Of a stretch of 64,000 nucleotides of DNA, positions 25,591-39,231 are shown piece by piece. The stretch spans positions 48,052,001-48,116,000 of the forward strand of contig NC_087436.1 in the NCBI RefSeq assembly GCF_036321535.1, given 5' to 3'. Each line of letters starts with the position of its first letter. Position 1 is the first letter of the stretch. Below the pieces are notes generated by a model. The model had not been told where the DNA came from. It did not search any database and worked only from the letters and a program-made list of their open reading frames with translations. A program made the position numbers and the translations under genes. Origin of the DNA: Camelus dromedarius (taxonomy: Eukaryota).

Positions 25591-27053
25591 TGACTCATTT
25601 AACAAATATTTATTCAACCCTACTCTATGCTAGGCCCTCTCTTTAAAGATGAAAGCTAAAATAATGTTCTTGTTAAACTTTTTTCCTTCAACAGAAAATA
25701 ATTTCTTAGGTGACAGGTCATATGGTAGAAAGAAACATAAAATTCTGCAGTCCTTATTCAAAATTAAAGAATGCTATGGGTTTTCTTTTGTATCCATTAA
25801 AATTAGGCTTTGCTGAAGGTAACTATATCAAAATAGAATTGTTTGAATGAAGTACCCTCCTTACACAAAGTAAATACAGAGGAAGGCATGTCAAGAACTG
25901 AGATGCAGGAACTCTGAGGTCGTCAAGGACCCATATGCCTCCATATTTGCACCCTACATCCCTTGGATATTGCCCTGCCACCATGGCACTCCAGCCACCC
26001 AATACGCTTTCCTGGCTGGCAGGTGGAATATGAAACTTCACGCAGTCCTTTAAGACAACTCCCTTTATATCTAACTGGCCATTGCCTCATCATATGACCT
26101 TATCCTTGTGCAGAGGGAGGATGAGAAATATAATCTTTAGCTAGGCACATTGCCACCTTGAATAAAATCAGAAATTCCTATTAAAGGAGAGAGAATGAAT
26201 GGATATTTGGGTCTTGCTAGAAGTACATGTAAACTTCTTCAACCAACACAAACAAACCTGTAGATCTGAAATGAAATGGGACTGCAAAATGAGCTTTTAG
26301 GTATAACTGAGCTGAACTTGACCATTTACATTCAGTTAAATCATAGCTTAAACAGGCACATTATTAAAGTGGAAAAGAAAACCACTGTTGCATAAAACTC
26401 AAACTTTATTTGGCCAATGGCCCAAATACCTCTCTCTCCCTGACCAGGTGACCCCTGTCACTTCCAGGCAATCTACCCAGGCCACGTTCCCATCCATTTA
26501 CTTTACATCCTAAGGACTATTTTCCTGAGAATTCTCCTCCAGAATCCCTTTCCTTGGTCTGTATTACCTCTCATCACCCTTGAAGTGCTTAATGTATATT
26601 TAAAGTAGCTTGCCCAGACAGATTTAAGATGATTAATATTCATTTGCTGAACAGCAATGGAACTAATTACTTATGTCTTTGGGGAAGGGCCTGAAATAGA
26701 CCTCCTAGAATACATCAAAGTAAGGTTGTAGGGATGGTGAAAAGGAATAGAAAAATGGGAGCAGAGCCTTAGGAAATGACTACTAATTCCTGCATGGGCA
26801 AGAGTGTTGTCTGGAGAAGGAAGGGCAGGAGTTCCAAGTGGGAAAGATACAACTGTCTGACTATGATTTGTTTCAGTTTCATTCTGTGTTCCTTCACAAA
26901 TACCAGTGTTATTTCTACAAATGAGGCTGGAACCATCTGATAAATGTACATATACAATTTTGTATATAAATGGATTTGATGTTTTTCCAAGGAAAAAAAC
27001 AGGTAACAAGTAGACTGTTGTTTAAAAATTTAAATTCTCTGTAATTATTCCAG

Positions 27054-27145
27054 GTGTATTTGGGTGATGATTATCCTAGATACTCTAGCCTCTTTATCTC
27101 TTAATGTTAATATCTCCACTAAACATGTTCAAATGGAAAATCAGA
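27054..27145 (+). pseudogene. Candidate pseudo-exon (phase 2-1)
   Basis: aattattccag|G...CAGA|gtatct; open reading CIWVMIILDTLASLSLNVNISTKHVQMENQ. Confidence 0.3.
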
Positions 27146-28717
27146 GTATCTTCTCCCTCTTATTGATCATTCTGAACTATAAGCAACCAGTTAAATTTTT
27201 TTCTTAATGGTAGCTCCAGTACAAAAAAAAGTTAAAATATTTGTAACTCTTTACTAAGCACAGCAGATTAAATGTAATGTGTTTATCTCCAATACCTTCC
27301 AAAACTGCATTAAAATTAGAGCAAATAAATTTCTTAAAGTATAAACCCACAAGAACATGGAGGATAAGAGAGGAAATTCCAGAGAAAAATCACAGAATTT
27401 TGGAAGCTGCAAAGTGGATTGATGAATGGTAACTGACTTGGCAGAGTGTGGAAAGGTGAAATCTAAATGCCCACAGAAGGAAATAAAAGATGCAAGGTTT
27501 AAGATTGGAGGGATCTGGTGTCACAGAGGGTAACAATAAAGACATAGAAGTGACAGAAGAATGGGTAAAAAGCTCATATAGGAGAAGTCAGGCCTCAAGT
27601 ACCTTTTCACAACCTGTACCCCTATAACTTTCCGTGATTGCAGCAGAAAATTGACATTTTCTTTTTGAGAAAGTCCACAAAAGAGCCTCTGTGAGCAGAC
27701 AGGTGAATGACTGTACTAACATTCAGGCCTGCTGGGCTCAGGAACAGGGAGAGCACCTGGGAAAATCCTACAGACCAGTATAGGAAAGTCAACACACAAA
27801 GGGAAACTCCCTTCCCCTTTTTGGTCCCAAGTTCAGGCAGCAGGCCCCACAAGAGAAATTAATCACAAGAGAAAATGAGTGGCTAAAGAAATAGAACTGA
27901 CATTTGTGGAACTACTCACAAAACAGATGTACTCAGCTCTATTGCCCTATGTTAAGTCACTTAGTTGACAAAAGTCCTTCTACCCACTGACAGTTTCAAA
28001 TGAACTTTTTATGACCTCCTTAAATGTCAAAGGGCAGCCAAGATCACCAGGCCTATTAGGAAATCCAACACCTGATAATGAAAGAATAAAGCGATCTAAC
28101 AAAGGAAAATGTAAAAAGAATACAGAAGGAAAGAGGGACAAAGGGAAATAAAACTTTAAAAAATAATATACTCATAGAGAAAGAAAAGAAGATATTTTTT
28201 CCCTTAGAAGATTAAAAAAAATCAGATCAGAGAAAAAGAAAGAATTCTTAGTAATTAAATACATATGTGTGTGAGTATATACATATAAATTTTTCAAGAG
28301 TGTGGCAGATTATACATGTCTACAAATTCTTTGCTACTCCCTTCACTGAAAAGTGGAGGGGTTGGCCTTATTGGGACAATAAAATGTAGCGGCAGTGACA
28401 TCTGGGACTTCTGCAATTAGGTCATAGGAATTATCCCTACAGCCATCACTGAAGATCTTGGCATATAATCTCCGGGTGTCCACAGTCACCATGTAAGGTA
28501 TTTGACTACTCTGATACTGTCATGTTGAAGAGGCCACATGTAGACACACTGGTTGCCATTTGGCTTCCTGCTAAAGCTTCAGACATGTGAGTAAAACTAT
28601 TTTAGACCATTCAGACCAGACCACCTAACAGATGAATATTACCAAGTACCTCTATTAATATGTCTTGGAACAACTAAAAGCTGCCTAAATTCTTGGCTCA
28701 CAAAATAATGATACACA

Positions 28718-31700
28718 CACGCATACTTCATTTTACTGTGCTTCACTTTATTGCACTTTTCAGGTCTTGTTTTTACAAATTGAAGGTTTGTGGCAACCCC
28801 ATGTCAAGCAAGTCTATCGCTGCTATTTTTCCAACAGCATTTGCTCACTTCCTGTCTCTGTGTCACATTTTGGTAATTTTTGCAATACTTCAAAATTTTC
28901 ATTATGATGTCTGTTAGGGTAATCTGTGATCAGTGATCTTTGATATTACTCCTGTAATAATTTTCGGGCACCACAAACCATGCCCACACAAGATAGTGAA
29001 CTTAACTGATAAATGTTGTATGTGTTCTGAGCGCTCCACTGACTGGAGGTTCCCCCATCGCGCTCCCTCTCCTAGGGCCTCTCTGTTCCCTGAGACACAA
29101 CAAGGTTGAAATTCGGCCAATTAGTAACCCTATAATGGCCTCTAAGTGTTCAAGTGAAAGGAAGAGTCACATGTTCCTCATTTTAAATCAACAGTTAGAA
29201 ATAATTAAGCTTAGTAAGGAAGATGTGTTGAAAGCTGAGATAGGCTAAAAGTGAGGCCTCATGCACCAAGAAGACAAGTTGTAAATGCAATGGAAAAGAT
29301 CTTGAATGAAATTAAAAGTGCTACTCCAGTGAATACATGAATAATAAGAAAGCAAAAGCGCCTTGCTGCTGATACAGAGAAAGTTTTAGTGGTCTGAATG
29401 GAAGATCAAACCAGCCAGTACATTCCTTTAGGCTGAACCCTAATACAGAGCAAGGCCCTAACTCTCTTCAATTCTGTGCAGGCTGAGAAAGGTAAAAAAT
29501 ATGCAGGGGAAAAGTCTGAAGCTTACAGATGTTGGTTCATGAGGTTTAAGGAAAGAAGGCATCTCCATAACATCAAAGCATGAAAATGAAGCAGCAAGTG
29601 CTGATGTAGAAGCTGCAGCAAGTTATCCAGAAGATCTAGCTCAGATAATTAATCAAGGTGGCCACACTGAAACAACAATTTTCAATATAGGAAAAACAGC
29701 TTTCTATGGGAAGATGATGTCATCTAGAACTTTCATAGCCAGAGAGGAGAAGTCAATGCCTGGCTTCAAAGCTTCAAAAGACAGGCTGACTTTTGTTAGG
29801 TGCTAATGCAGTTGGTGCTTTATGTTGAATCCAATTCTCATTTACCACTCTGGAAATCCTAAGGCCTTTAAGAATGATGCTAAATTTACCCTGCTTGTGC
29901 TCTATAAATGGAACAACAAAGACTGAATGACAGCACATCTGCTTACAGTATGGTTTAGTGACTGTATTAAGCCTACTGTTGAGAACTTCTGCTCAGAAAA
30001 AAGGATTCCTTCCAAAACGTTACTGCTCATTGATGACGATTTTAGTCACCCAGGAGTTCTGATGGAGATGCAGAATGAGATTAAGGTTATTTTCATGCCT
30101 GCTAACACAACAACCGTGCTGAAGCCCATGAATCAAGGAGTAATTAATCTTAAGTCTTATTATTTAAGAAATACACTTCATAAGGGTATGAATTCTAGTG
30201 ATTCCTTTGATAAATCTGGGCAAAGTCAACTGAAAACCTTCTGGAATGGATTCACCTTTCTAGATGTATGAATATTCACTCATACATCTTTATATCAAGA
30301 AAACAAGTAACCCAATAAAAAAAATGGGCAGAAGACCTAAAAAGACATCTCTACAAAGACAGACAGATGGCCAACCAGCAGATGAAAAGATGCTCAGTAT
30401 CACTAATTGTTAAAGAAATGCAAATCAAAATTACAATGAGATATCACCTCATACCAGCCAGACTGGCCCTCATTAAAAAGTTCACAAATGATAAATGCTA
30501 GAGAGGGTGTGGAGTAAAAGGAACCTTCCTGCACTGTTGGTGGGAATGTAGTTTGGTATAGCCACTATGGAGGACAGTATGGTGGTTCTTTAAAAAACTA
30601 AAAATAGACTTATATATGATCCAGCAATCCCACTACTGGGCATATATATGGAGAAAATGTAATTTAAAAAGACACATGCACCCCAATGTTCATAGAAGCA
30701 CTATTTATAATAGCCAAGATATAGAACCAACCTACATGTCTGTTGACAGATGACTAGATAAATAAATTCTGGTATATTTATACAATGAAATACTACTCAG
30801 CCACAAAAAAGAGTAAAATAATGCCATTTGCAGCAATATGGATGGACCTAGAGATCATCATTCTAAGTGAAGTAAGCCAGAAAGAGAAAGAAACATACCA
30901 TATGATATCACTTACATGTGGAGTCTAAAAAAAAAAGAAAAAAAGAGGACACTAATGAACTCATCTACAAAACATAGACAGACTCACAGACATAGGAAAT
31001 AATCTTATGGTTACCAGGGGAAAGGGGGTGTGAAGGGATAATTTTGGGAGTTTGAGATTTGCAAATGTTAGCCTCCATATATAAAAATAGATTAAAAAAA
31101 CAAATTTCTTCTGTATAGCACAGGGAACTACGTTCAATATCTTGCAATAACCTTTAATGAAAAAGAATACGAAAATGAATATATGTATGTATACACATGA
31201 CAGGGACATTGTGCTGTACACACAAATTGACACATTGTAACTGACTGTACTTCAATAAAAAAAAGTCTTTAAACAAAAAAGCAAAACCAAAAAGACACAT
31301 GCACCCCAATATTCAAAGCAGCACTATTTACAATAGCCAAGACATTGAAACAAACCAAATGTCCATCAACAGATGACTGGATAAAGAAGATGTGGTATGT
31401 ATGTATGTATGTATATATGTGTGTGTATATATAAATTACATTTTCTCTCTATATATGTATACACACACACACACACATATATACATATAATGGAATATTA
31501 CTCAGCCATAAAAAGAATAAAATAATGCCATTTGCAGCAACATGGATGGACCTGGAGATTGTCATTCTAAGTGAAGCCAGAAAAAGAAAGAAAAATGCCA
31601 TATGATATTGCTTATACGTAGAATCTTAAAAAAGGAAACAAATGAACTACTTATTATTTATAAGTTAGATGACTGATTTCTTGAATATGTGTAAGCACAT

Positions 31701-32750
31701 TTGACTGTCCTTTATGATTGGATCACTGAATTCTGTTGTTTCTTATTTTGTGGTTGGCTTTATTCCTCTGATAACTATGTGAGTTTAAAAGCTAAAGATC
31801 TAAACTGTTGTTAGAAATAATGAATAGTACATATATGTAAATTTTAAAACAGTTTTATCTCTCAATGAGTTGTTCTTCCTAGAATAAACTTTGCTTACAC
31901 TCCCCCAAAAATAAATAAAAATAAAGACAGTATATGGTTAGGAAAAAAAAAAGGAATATTCATGATGTCTGTAATGAGGTCAAAATACCAATGTGCACAG
32001 GAGTTTGGAAGTTGCTGCCTCTGATCCTCATGGATAACTTTGAGGGGCTCAAGACTTCAGTGGAGGAAGTAACTGCAGATGTGGTAGAAAGAGCAAGAGA
32101 ACTACAACTAGAAGTGGAGTCTGAAGATGTGACTAAACTGCTACAATCTCATGATGAACTAATGAATGAAAAGTTGCTTTTAATGGATGAGCAAAAGAAA
32201 GGTTTCTTCAGATGGAATCTACTCCTGGTGAGGATGCTGTGAAGATTTCAGAAACTTAGTTGATCAAGCAATGATAGAGTTGGAGAAGACTGACTCCAAT
32301 TTTGAAAGACATTCTACTGTGTTTGAAATGTTATCCAACAGCACTGCATGATACAGAGAAACTGTTTGTGAAAGGAAGAGTCAACCGATGAACCAAACTT
32401 CACTGATTGTAAGAAATTGCTACAGTCACCCTAACTTTCAGGAACCAACACCCTGATGAGCCAACAGCCATCAACACTGAGGCAAGACCTTTCACCAGCT
32501 AAAAGATGATTACAACTTGTTGAAGGTTCAGATAATGGTTAGCATTTTTTAACATAAACTATTTTTTAGTTAAGGTATATGCATTGCATTTTTTTAGACA
32601 TAATGCTATGGCACACTCAACAGACTATAGTATCAACATAAATTTATATATATTTGGAAACCAGAAAATTCATTTGACTCACTTTATTGCAATATTCACT
32701 TTAATGTGGTGATCTGGAGCCAAACCTACAATATCTCTGAGGTATGCCTT
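28718..32750 (+). mobile_element. Tigger1 DNA transposon, full length, interrupted by an L1 insertion
   Basis: TIR-like ends cacgcatacttc / gaggtatgcct. Transposase remnants: ORF 29927-30271 (DDE_1-like LLLID..HP..FMPANTT..PMNQGVI) and 31934-32242. Confidence 0.92.
30279..31953 (+). mobile_element. Composite L1 insertion: L1 3' end + second L1 fragment + unique tail + poly(A), 9-bp TSD
   Basis: TSD gaatattca at 30270-30278 and 31954-31962; first L1 ends ttcaataaaaaaaa at about 31264; terminal A run 31943-31952. Confidence 0.8.
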
Positions 32751-33439
32751 AATAAAATAATTATTATAAAATACTATGTTTGTGGTAGTTTATTACATAA
32801 CAGTAGATAAATGCAACAGGGTTGGATGAAAAGTTAAGAAATTTTCAGGAAATTAGAACAAAAAGACAGAACAAGAGATAAAAAATACTATTATTCCAGA
32901 GGTCCAATACCCAATAGGAGATCTTTAAGGGAAAAATAAGAATAGAGGAAAGTAGATTATTATAAAAATATAAAGGAAGTTTTTCTTGAAATGGAGAACA
33001 TGAGTGTCCAGACTTAATAAATCCAATCAGTGAAATAAATGATTTAAAAAATTAATAGGGACAGAAGAAAATTCTGCAAGTTTCTAAAAGAAAATAAAAA
33101 GTGACCTATGAAAGACTGATACCATCACATGGCATCAGACATCTCCAAAGTGATACTGGAGCAAAGCAGCAATGCTTTAAATTCTCCAGAAAAATAGTTT
33201 CTAATCTAGAATTCCACACCCTGTCAAACTATGCATCATATTTAATGACAGACATACATTTTCAGTTCACCAAATCAAAAACCATTTAAACCCAACAGAC
33301 CTTTTCTCAGGAAGCTAGTGGATACATCCTATCATCAAAATGATAGCATAAATTCAGAAACAGCCGTATATGGAATCCAGAAATCACAGAAGCAAGGCAA
33401 AGAAAACTCATACTGGTAGTCTGTGTCTTCCTTCTTCCT

Positions 33440-35366
33440 GTTCATCCGTCTAGTTACAGGATTAACAATTTTATTGATTTTCTGTAATAGTTGTCCATTT
33501 TATTACTTAATTGATTTCTGATCTTATATTTATTTCCTTTCTTCTACCTGCACTGATATTTATTCTTTTTTTAGCTTCTTTTTTTGTAAGTTTAGATCAC
33601 AGATTTTGTCATTTATTTTTTTCTAATAAAAGAATTTAAAGGTATAAAGTTTTCTCTAAGCACTGGTTTAGATGTATTTTATATATTTTGATATTCTTGA
33701 TACATTGTATTTTTCTTTTCACTCAGTCTGAAATATAACTTCCTTTGTATTTTCATTTTTTAATTCATAAATTACAAAGCAAAAATAATTTAATTTCCTA
33801 ATATTTGGTAATTTCTAGATATCTTTCCATTATTATTCTAATTTCATTTCCTTATAGTCGGAGAACATACTCTGTGTATTTAAATTCCTTTCAATGTATT
33901 AAAACTTGCCTATGCCTTAGCCTTTAGCATATTTGGTGAATGTTCAGGTGCACTCAAAAATATGTGCAATCTGCTGTCATTGAGTGAAGTATTCTATTAG
34001 TACCAACTAGGACAAAATGGTAGATAATTTGTTCAAACTTATCCTTATTCATTTTCTCTCTATTCATTCTATAAGTTATTGAGAGAATAATGTGAATATA
34101 ACTGAAGATTTTTCTGTTTCTCCTTTCAGATCTGTGTTTTACTTCATTTATATATAACATTATCAGTCTAGATATTTAGGACTGTTATGTCTTCTTGTTT
34201 AATTGAACCACTTACTTTATCTCTGCTACTATTTCTTGGTCTGAAGTGTGATAGTAATATGGTCCTTTGTTTTTCTTATGATTAATGTTTCCATGGTATA
34301 CATTTTTCCAAGTTTCTTACCTATCTGTCTTTAGATTTAAAGATGATCTCTCACAGGCAGTATATAGGTGGGTCTTGCTTTTTTATTCAGTTTGACCACT
34401 GACTTTTTATTGTTTTTATTGGTAAGTGTTTGCCACTTACATTTAATGTAGTTACCAATATAACTGACTTTCCATCTAATATCTTGATATTTGTTGTCTA
34501 TTTTTCAGTGTGTTCTGTATTACCTTTTTCTGACTTCTTTAGGATTAGGTGAGTATATTTCATGATTCCATTAGTTTTTGCTATTAATTATACTTTCTTA
34601 AACATTTAGTGCTTTCTCTAAGAATTATAATATGCATATTTAACATAACAGGCTACTTTGAAAAAATATTATCATGCCTTTTTTTCACATAAAATGCAAG
34701 AACATTACAACAGTGCATTCCATTTCCCCACTCTCAAAGCTACTGTTTTCATACATTACACTTCTACATGTTATTAACACCCAAACACTTTCTTATTAAT
34801 TACTCTTTGAGAAATTTAAAAATTAGATATAAAAATTATTTTATATTTACCAAAATTTTTACCATCTCCAGCATTCTTTTTTCATTTTGTAGGACCAAGT
34901 TTCCATCTGGTATTATTTTCCTTTAGCCTGAAGAACTCCCTTTTATATTTCCTTTTGTACAGGTCAGCTGGCAACAAATTCTTTCAACAACAGTATTTCT
35001 GAAAAATACTTTGCCTTCATTTGTGAAGGATATTTTCATCTGGTATACACTGGCTATTCTCACTGGGAATTTCTGGTTGACAATTTGTTTCTTTCAGCAT
35101 TTTAAAGATGTCATTTCAATGTGTTCTGGTTGCATGGTTTCTGATGAGAAACCTAGAGTCATTCTTATCTTTTTTTTCCTTCTGTGCATCATGTGCCATT
35201 TTTCTCTGGGCATTTAAAGTATTTCCTCTTTGAAGCTCATTTTCAGAAATGTAAATATAATTTGCCTTGGTATGTTTCTATATCTGAAGCCTGCTTTAAG
35301 TGTATAGAGATTGTTTGATCTATGAGGTTATACTTTTCATCTCATTTGGAAAGTTATCAGCAATTT
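33440..35366 (-). mobile_element. Old L1 (ORF1 3' part, inter-ORF region, ORF2 5' part), antisense
   Basis: T-rich; catggtttctgatgagaaa; gtcggagaacatactctgt motifs. Confidence 0.75.
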
Positions 35367-35630
35367 TTTTAATCTTTCTTGACACTGATAACTTTGAAGA
35401 GTACAGGCTACTTATTTTATAGACTGTCCCTCAATTTGTTTCTTTTTTTCTCATTTTCTCTTCATTAGATTTAGCTTATGGATATTCTGACAAGGATAAC
35501 ACTGAAGTAATATTATATCCTCTTCATCTCTACATCAATCACAATGAAGACATCTAGAGTTCTCCATCACAGCCAGTGCCATTATTATTAATAACCTAAT
35601 ATTATGAAAACCTTGATAAATTAATATAAT
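35367..35630 (-). mobile_element. L1MC-type 3'UTR fragment, antisense
   Basis: tttgaagagtacaggctacttattttatagactgtccctcaattt. Confidence 0.6.
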
Positions 35631-35644
35631 GTGGCTCCTAAGAA

Positions 35645-38600
35645 ATGAGACACAACAAAACTACAACTACATATAGAACTCTCTCTTAAGTTGAGAATGA
35701 CCTTAAGACTAGCAGAATCAATTTTCAACAACTAAGGATATAAATAAGAGGCCACATCAGAAAGGGTAGGAGAGGTAGAGACATGGTCTAGTCAGAATCC
35801 ACACCCTTGTGTGGCAACCCACAGGCAGAAAAGATACCACAACCGTGGAGATGCCACCTGAGGAGAGAAGGGTCTGAAACCAACATTAGGCTCCACAGGC
35901 TGGAAGGTAAGCCCCCACAACTTATGGCTTTGAAAACCAGAGGAGTGTATATCCAGGAGAGTCAGAGGGCTATGAGAAACTAAAATTCTATTTTTGAAAA
36001 GCTTGCACACAAACTCACTTTCTCTGAGTCACAGCGTAGAGGCAGGAGCTTGAAAATCACCTGGGTGGGTGGTCACAAGAGGAGAAGATTCACTGACTAG
36101 TTTTAGGGCATGTGCCAGGGGGTAGGGATCTGATAGGACATTCTCTGAAGTTTAAGTGCTGGCAGGTGCCATTAACTCTCCTTCCACCTAACTGGCTTTA
36201 GCACTGGCAAATGCCTTTTTGTCACTCTCCATTAACCTAGCTAACACCATGTGCCTCATCTCAGTGTTCCCATGAGAACCCAGCTTGCCCAACCCACCCA
36301 GCCAGGCAGATCGACCAAAACAGCTCCCAATCCACTCAACCTGGTAGGCAGCCCCAGGTGGCACCAGTGCCCATCCAAAGTGAATCTGGGTCCACAGGAC
36401 CGCCCTGCCTACCAGCATGCCTGCAACAATCACAGCTCAATCACAAAAGGGGGACAACATGCAGCTCACACAAGAGATACTGGCTCTGTTGACCAAAAAG
36501 GATTGCACCACTGGACCCCACAGAATACTGCCTACATACGGCCACTTTATCAAGACTTGGGGACATACCTGATATACCTAGTATACTCAAACAAACACAG
36601 AGAGACAGACAAAATGAGGAGACAAATGAATACCTTCCAAACAAAAAAACAAGGCAAAACCCTAGAAAGGAAATGGAAATAAACAATTTACAGATAAAGA
36701 ATTTAAATAGTTCATAAAAATTCTCACCTCAGAAGAGAAGAATGGATGAACACAGTGAGAACCTCAAGAAAGAGATGCAAGGATGGTTGAGTATCCACAA
36801 ATCAATCAGTATGACTCACCACATTAATAAAACAAAGGATAGAAATTATTGAACTATCTCAGTAGATATAGAAAAAGAATTTGACAAAATTCAATAACCA
36901 TTTATGATAAGTACTCTTAATAAAGTAGTATAGAGGGACCATACCACAACATAATATAGGCCATTTATAATAAATCCACAGCCAACATTATACTCAATGG
37001 TGAAATCTGAAAGTATTTCCTCTATCAGGAACAAGTCAAGGATGCCTACTCCTGCCGCTTTTATCCAACATAGAATTGGAAGTGCTAGGTACAGCCATCA
37101 AAAAAGAAAAAGAAATTTAAAAATTCCATTGAAAAGGAAAAAGTAAAATTTTCATTATTTGCAAATGACATGATGTTATATAGAGAAGACCCTAAAGACT
37201 CCACCAAAAAATATTAGAGCTAATAAATGAATTTAGTAAAGTTGCAGGATGCAAAATCAACATATAGAAATCTGTTGCTTTTTTACACACTAATACAAAA
37301 TATCAGAAAGAAGTAATAAAGGAAACAATCCTACTTGAAACTGCACCAAAAAGAACAAAATACCTAGGAATAAATTTAACCACGGAGGTGAAAGACTTGT
37401 ACTAAGAAGACTGTAAGACATTAATGAAAGAAATTAAAGACAACACAGGAAAAAATGGAAAGATATACCAGGGTCATGGATTGGAAGAATTAACATGGTA
37501 AAATGCCCACACTAGTCAAAGGAATCTACAGATTCAATACAATCCGTATCAAAATGCTAATGATTTTTCTTTTTTTAACAGAACTGGAGCAAATCATCCT
37601 AAAATTTGCATGGAACCACAAAATACTCCAAATAGCCAAAATAAGCTTATAAAAGATGAACAAGCCAAAAAAAAAAAAAAAAAAAAAGGTGTACAAGCCT
37701 GGATATATCATGACCTCTGATTTCGAACTATACTACAAAGCTATAGCATTAAAAACTCTTTAGTTCTGGCACAGAAAGAGACACATAAATAAATGAAACA
37801 GATTTCCCAGAAATAGGCCCACACTTACATGATCAATTAATTTAGTATGAAGTAGCCAAAAATATACAGTGGGGAAAAGGCATTCTCTTGAACAAATGCT
37901 GTTGAAAAACTGGATAGGTATATTCAAAAGAATCAAACTGGACCACTTCCTTACACTATACACAAAAATAAACTCAAAATAGATTAAAGACTTAAATGTA
38001 ACACCTGAAACCACAAAAGTCCTAGGAGAAAATATGAGCAGTACACTTTTTGACATTTGTCTTAGCAATATTTTTGGCTGTCTCTTCAGGCAGAAGAAAC
38101 AAAAGCAAAAATAAATAAATGGGACCTAATCAAATTTAAAAGCTTTTGCACAGTAAAGGAAATCATTAACAAAACAAAAAGGCAATTTACTGAATAGAAG
38201 ATATTTGCAAATGATACCTGATAAAGATAATATATATATCCAAAATATATAAAGAACTCATAAAACTCAATTCCAAAAAAAAAAAAAGTTGATTAAAAAA
38301 TGGGCAGAAGACCTGAATAGGCATTTTTTCCAAAGAAGACATACACATGGCCAACAGGCACATGAAAAGATGCTCAATATCACTAACCATCAGGGAAATG
38401 TAAATAAAAACCACAATGAGCTACCATCTCACATCTATCAGAATAACTATCCTTAAAAAGATAATAAATAAGTGTTCCCAAAGATGTGAAGAAAAGGGAA
38501 CCCTAGTACACCACTGGTGGTAATGTATATTGGTACAGCTACTATGGAAAACAGTATGGCAGTTCCTCAAAAAATTAAAAATAGAACTACCATATGATCC

Positions 38601-39230
38601 AGCAATTCCACTTCTGGGTATTTATACCGAGAAAATGGAACACTAATTCAAAAAAATATATGCTCCGCAATGTTCATAGCAGCATTATTTACAATAGCCA
38701 AGCTATGGAAGCAACCTAAGTGTCCATCAATGGATGAATAAAGAATATGTGGTATATGTACATACAATGGAATATATTACTCAGCCATAAGAATGAACAA
38801 AATATTGCTATTTGTGACAACATGGATGGATATAGAGGGTATTATGCTAAGTGAAATAAGTCAGAGAAAGACTATATGTTTTCACTTGTGGAATCTAAAA
38901 ACAAAACAGGAGCAAACAAAATAGAACAGAAACAGACTTACAGATACAGAGAACAAACAGGTGGTTTCCAGAGGGCAGGAAAGGATGAAATAGGTGAAAA
39001 GGATTAAGAGGTGCAAAATTCTAGTTACAAAATAAATAACCACAGGTATGTAATGTACAGCCTAGGGAATACAGTGAGTAACGATGAAATGACTTTGTAT
39101 TGTGACAAAAGGTTACTAGACATATCATGGTGATCAACAGCAATGTAAATAAATGTCAAATCATTATATTATATGCCTGAAACTAAGATAATATTGTAAT
39201 GTCAACTACAATTTAAAAAAATAAAAAGGA
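35645..39230 (+). mobile_element. L1 with 5'UTR and ORF1 start, large internal deletion (junction about 36772), ORF2 3' two-thirds and 3'UTR
   Basis: ORF1 start MRRQMNTFQTK at about 36614 joined to ORF2 gatgcaaggatggtt; 3' end gtcaactacaatttaaaaaa. Confidence 0.85.
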
Positions 39231-39231
39231 A

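Larger units (their letters stand above)
28301..32818 (+). mobile_element. MLT1-type MaLR LTR split by Tigger1 (28301-28712 and about 32751-32818)
   Basis: tgtggcagatta...aaattctttgctactccc...aaattcttggctcacaaaa | ...tttgtggtagtttattacataacagtagataaatgcaaca. Confidence 0.7.
27240..33420 (+). mobile_element. Very old L1 5' region/ORF1 remnant, split by MLT1 and Tigger1
   Basis: Degraded ORF1 motifs at 28000-28290 resume at 32820 (gaggtccaatac; tctagaattccacaccctgtcaaactat). Confidence 0.55.

Noticed and set aside
29927..30271. Domesticated TIGD-like transposase gene
   Set aside because: It is a fragment of a decayed Tigger1 with TIRs, many stops and frameshifts, and an L1 insertion.
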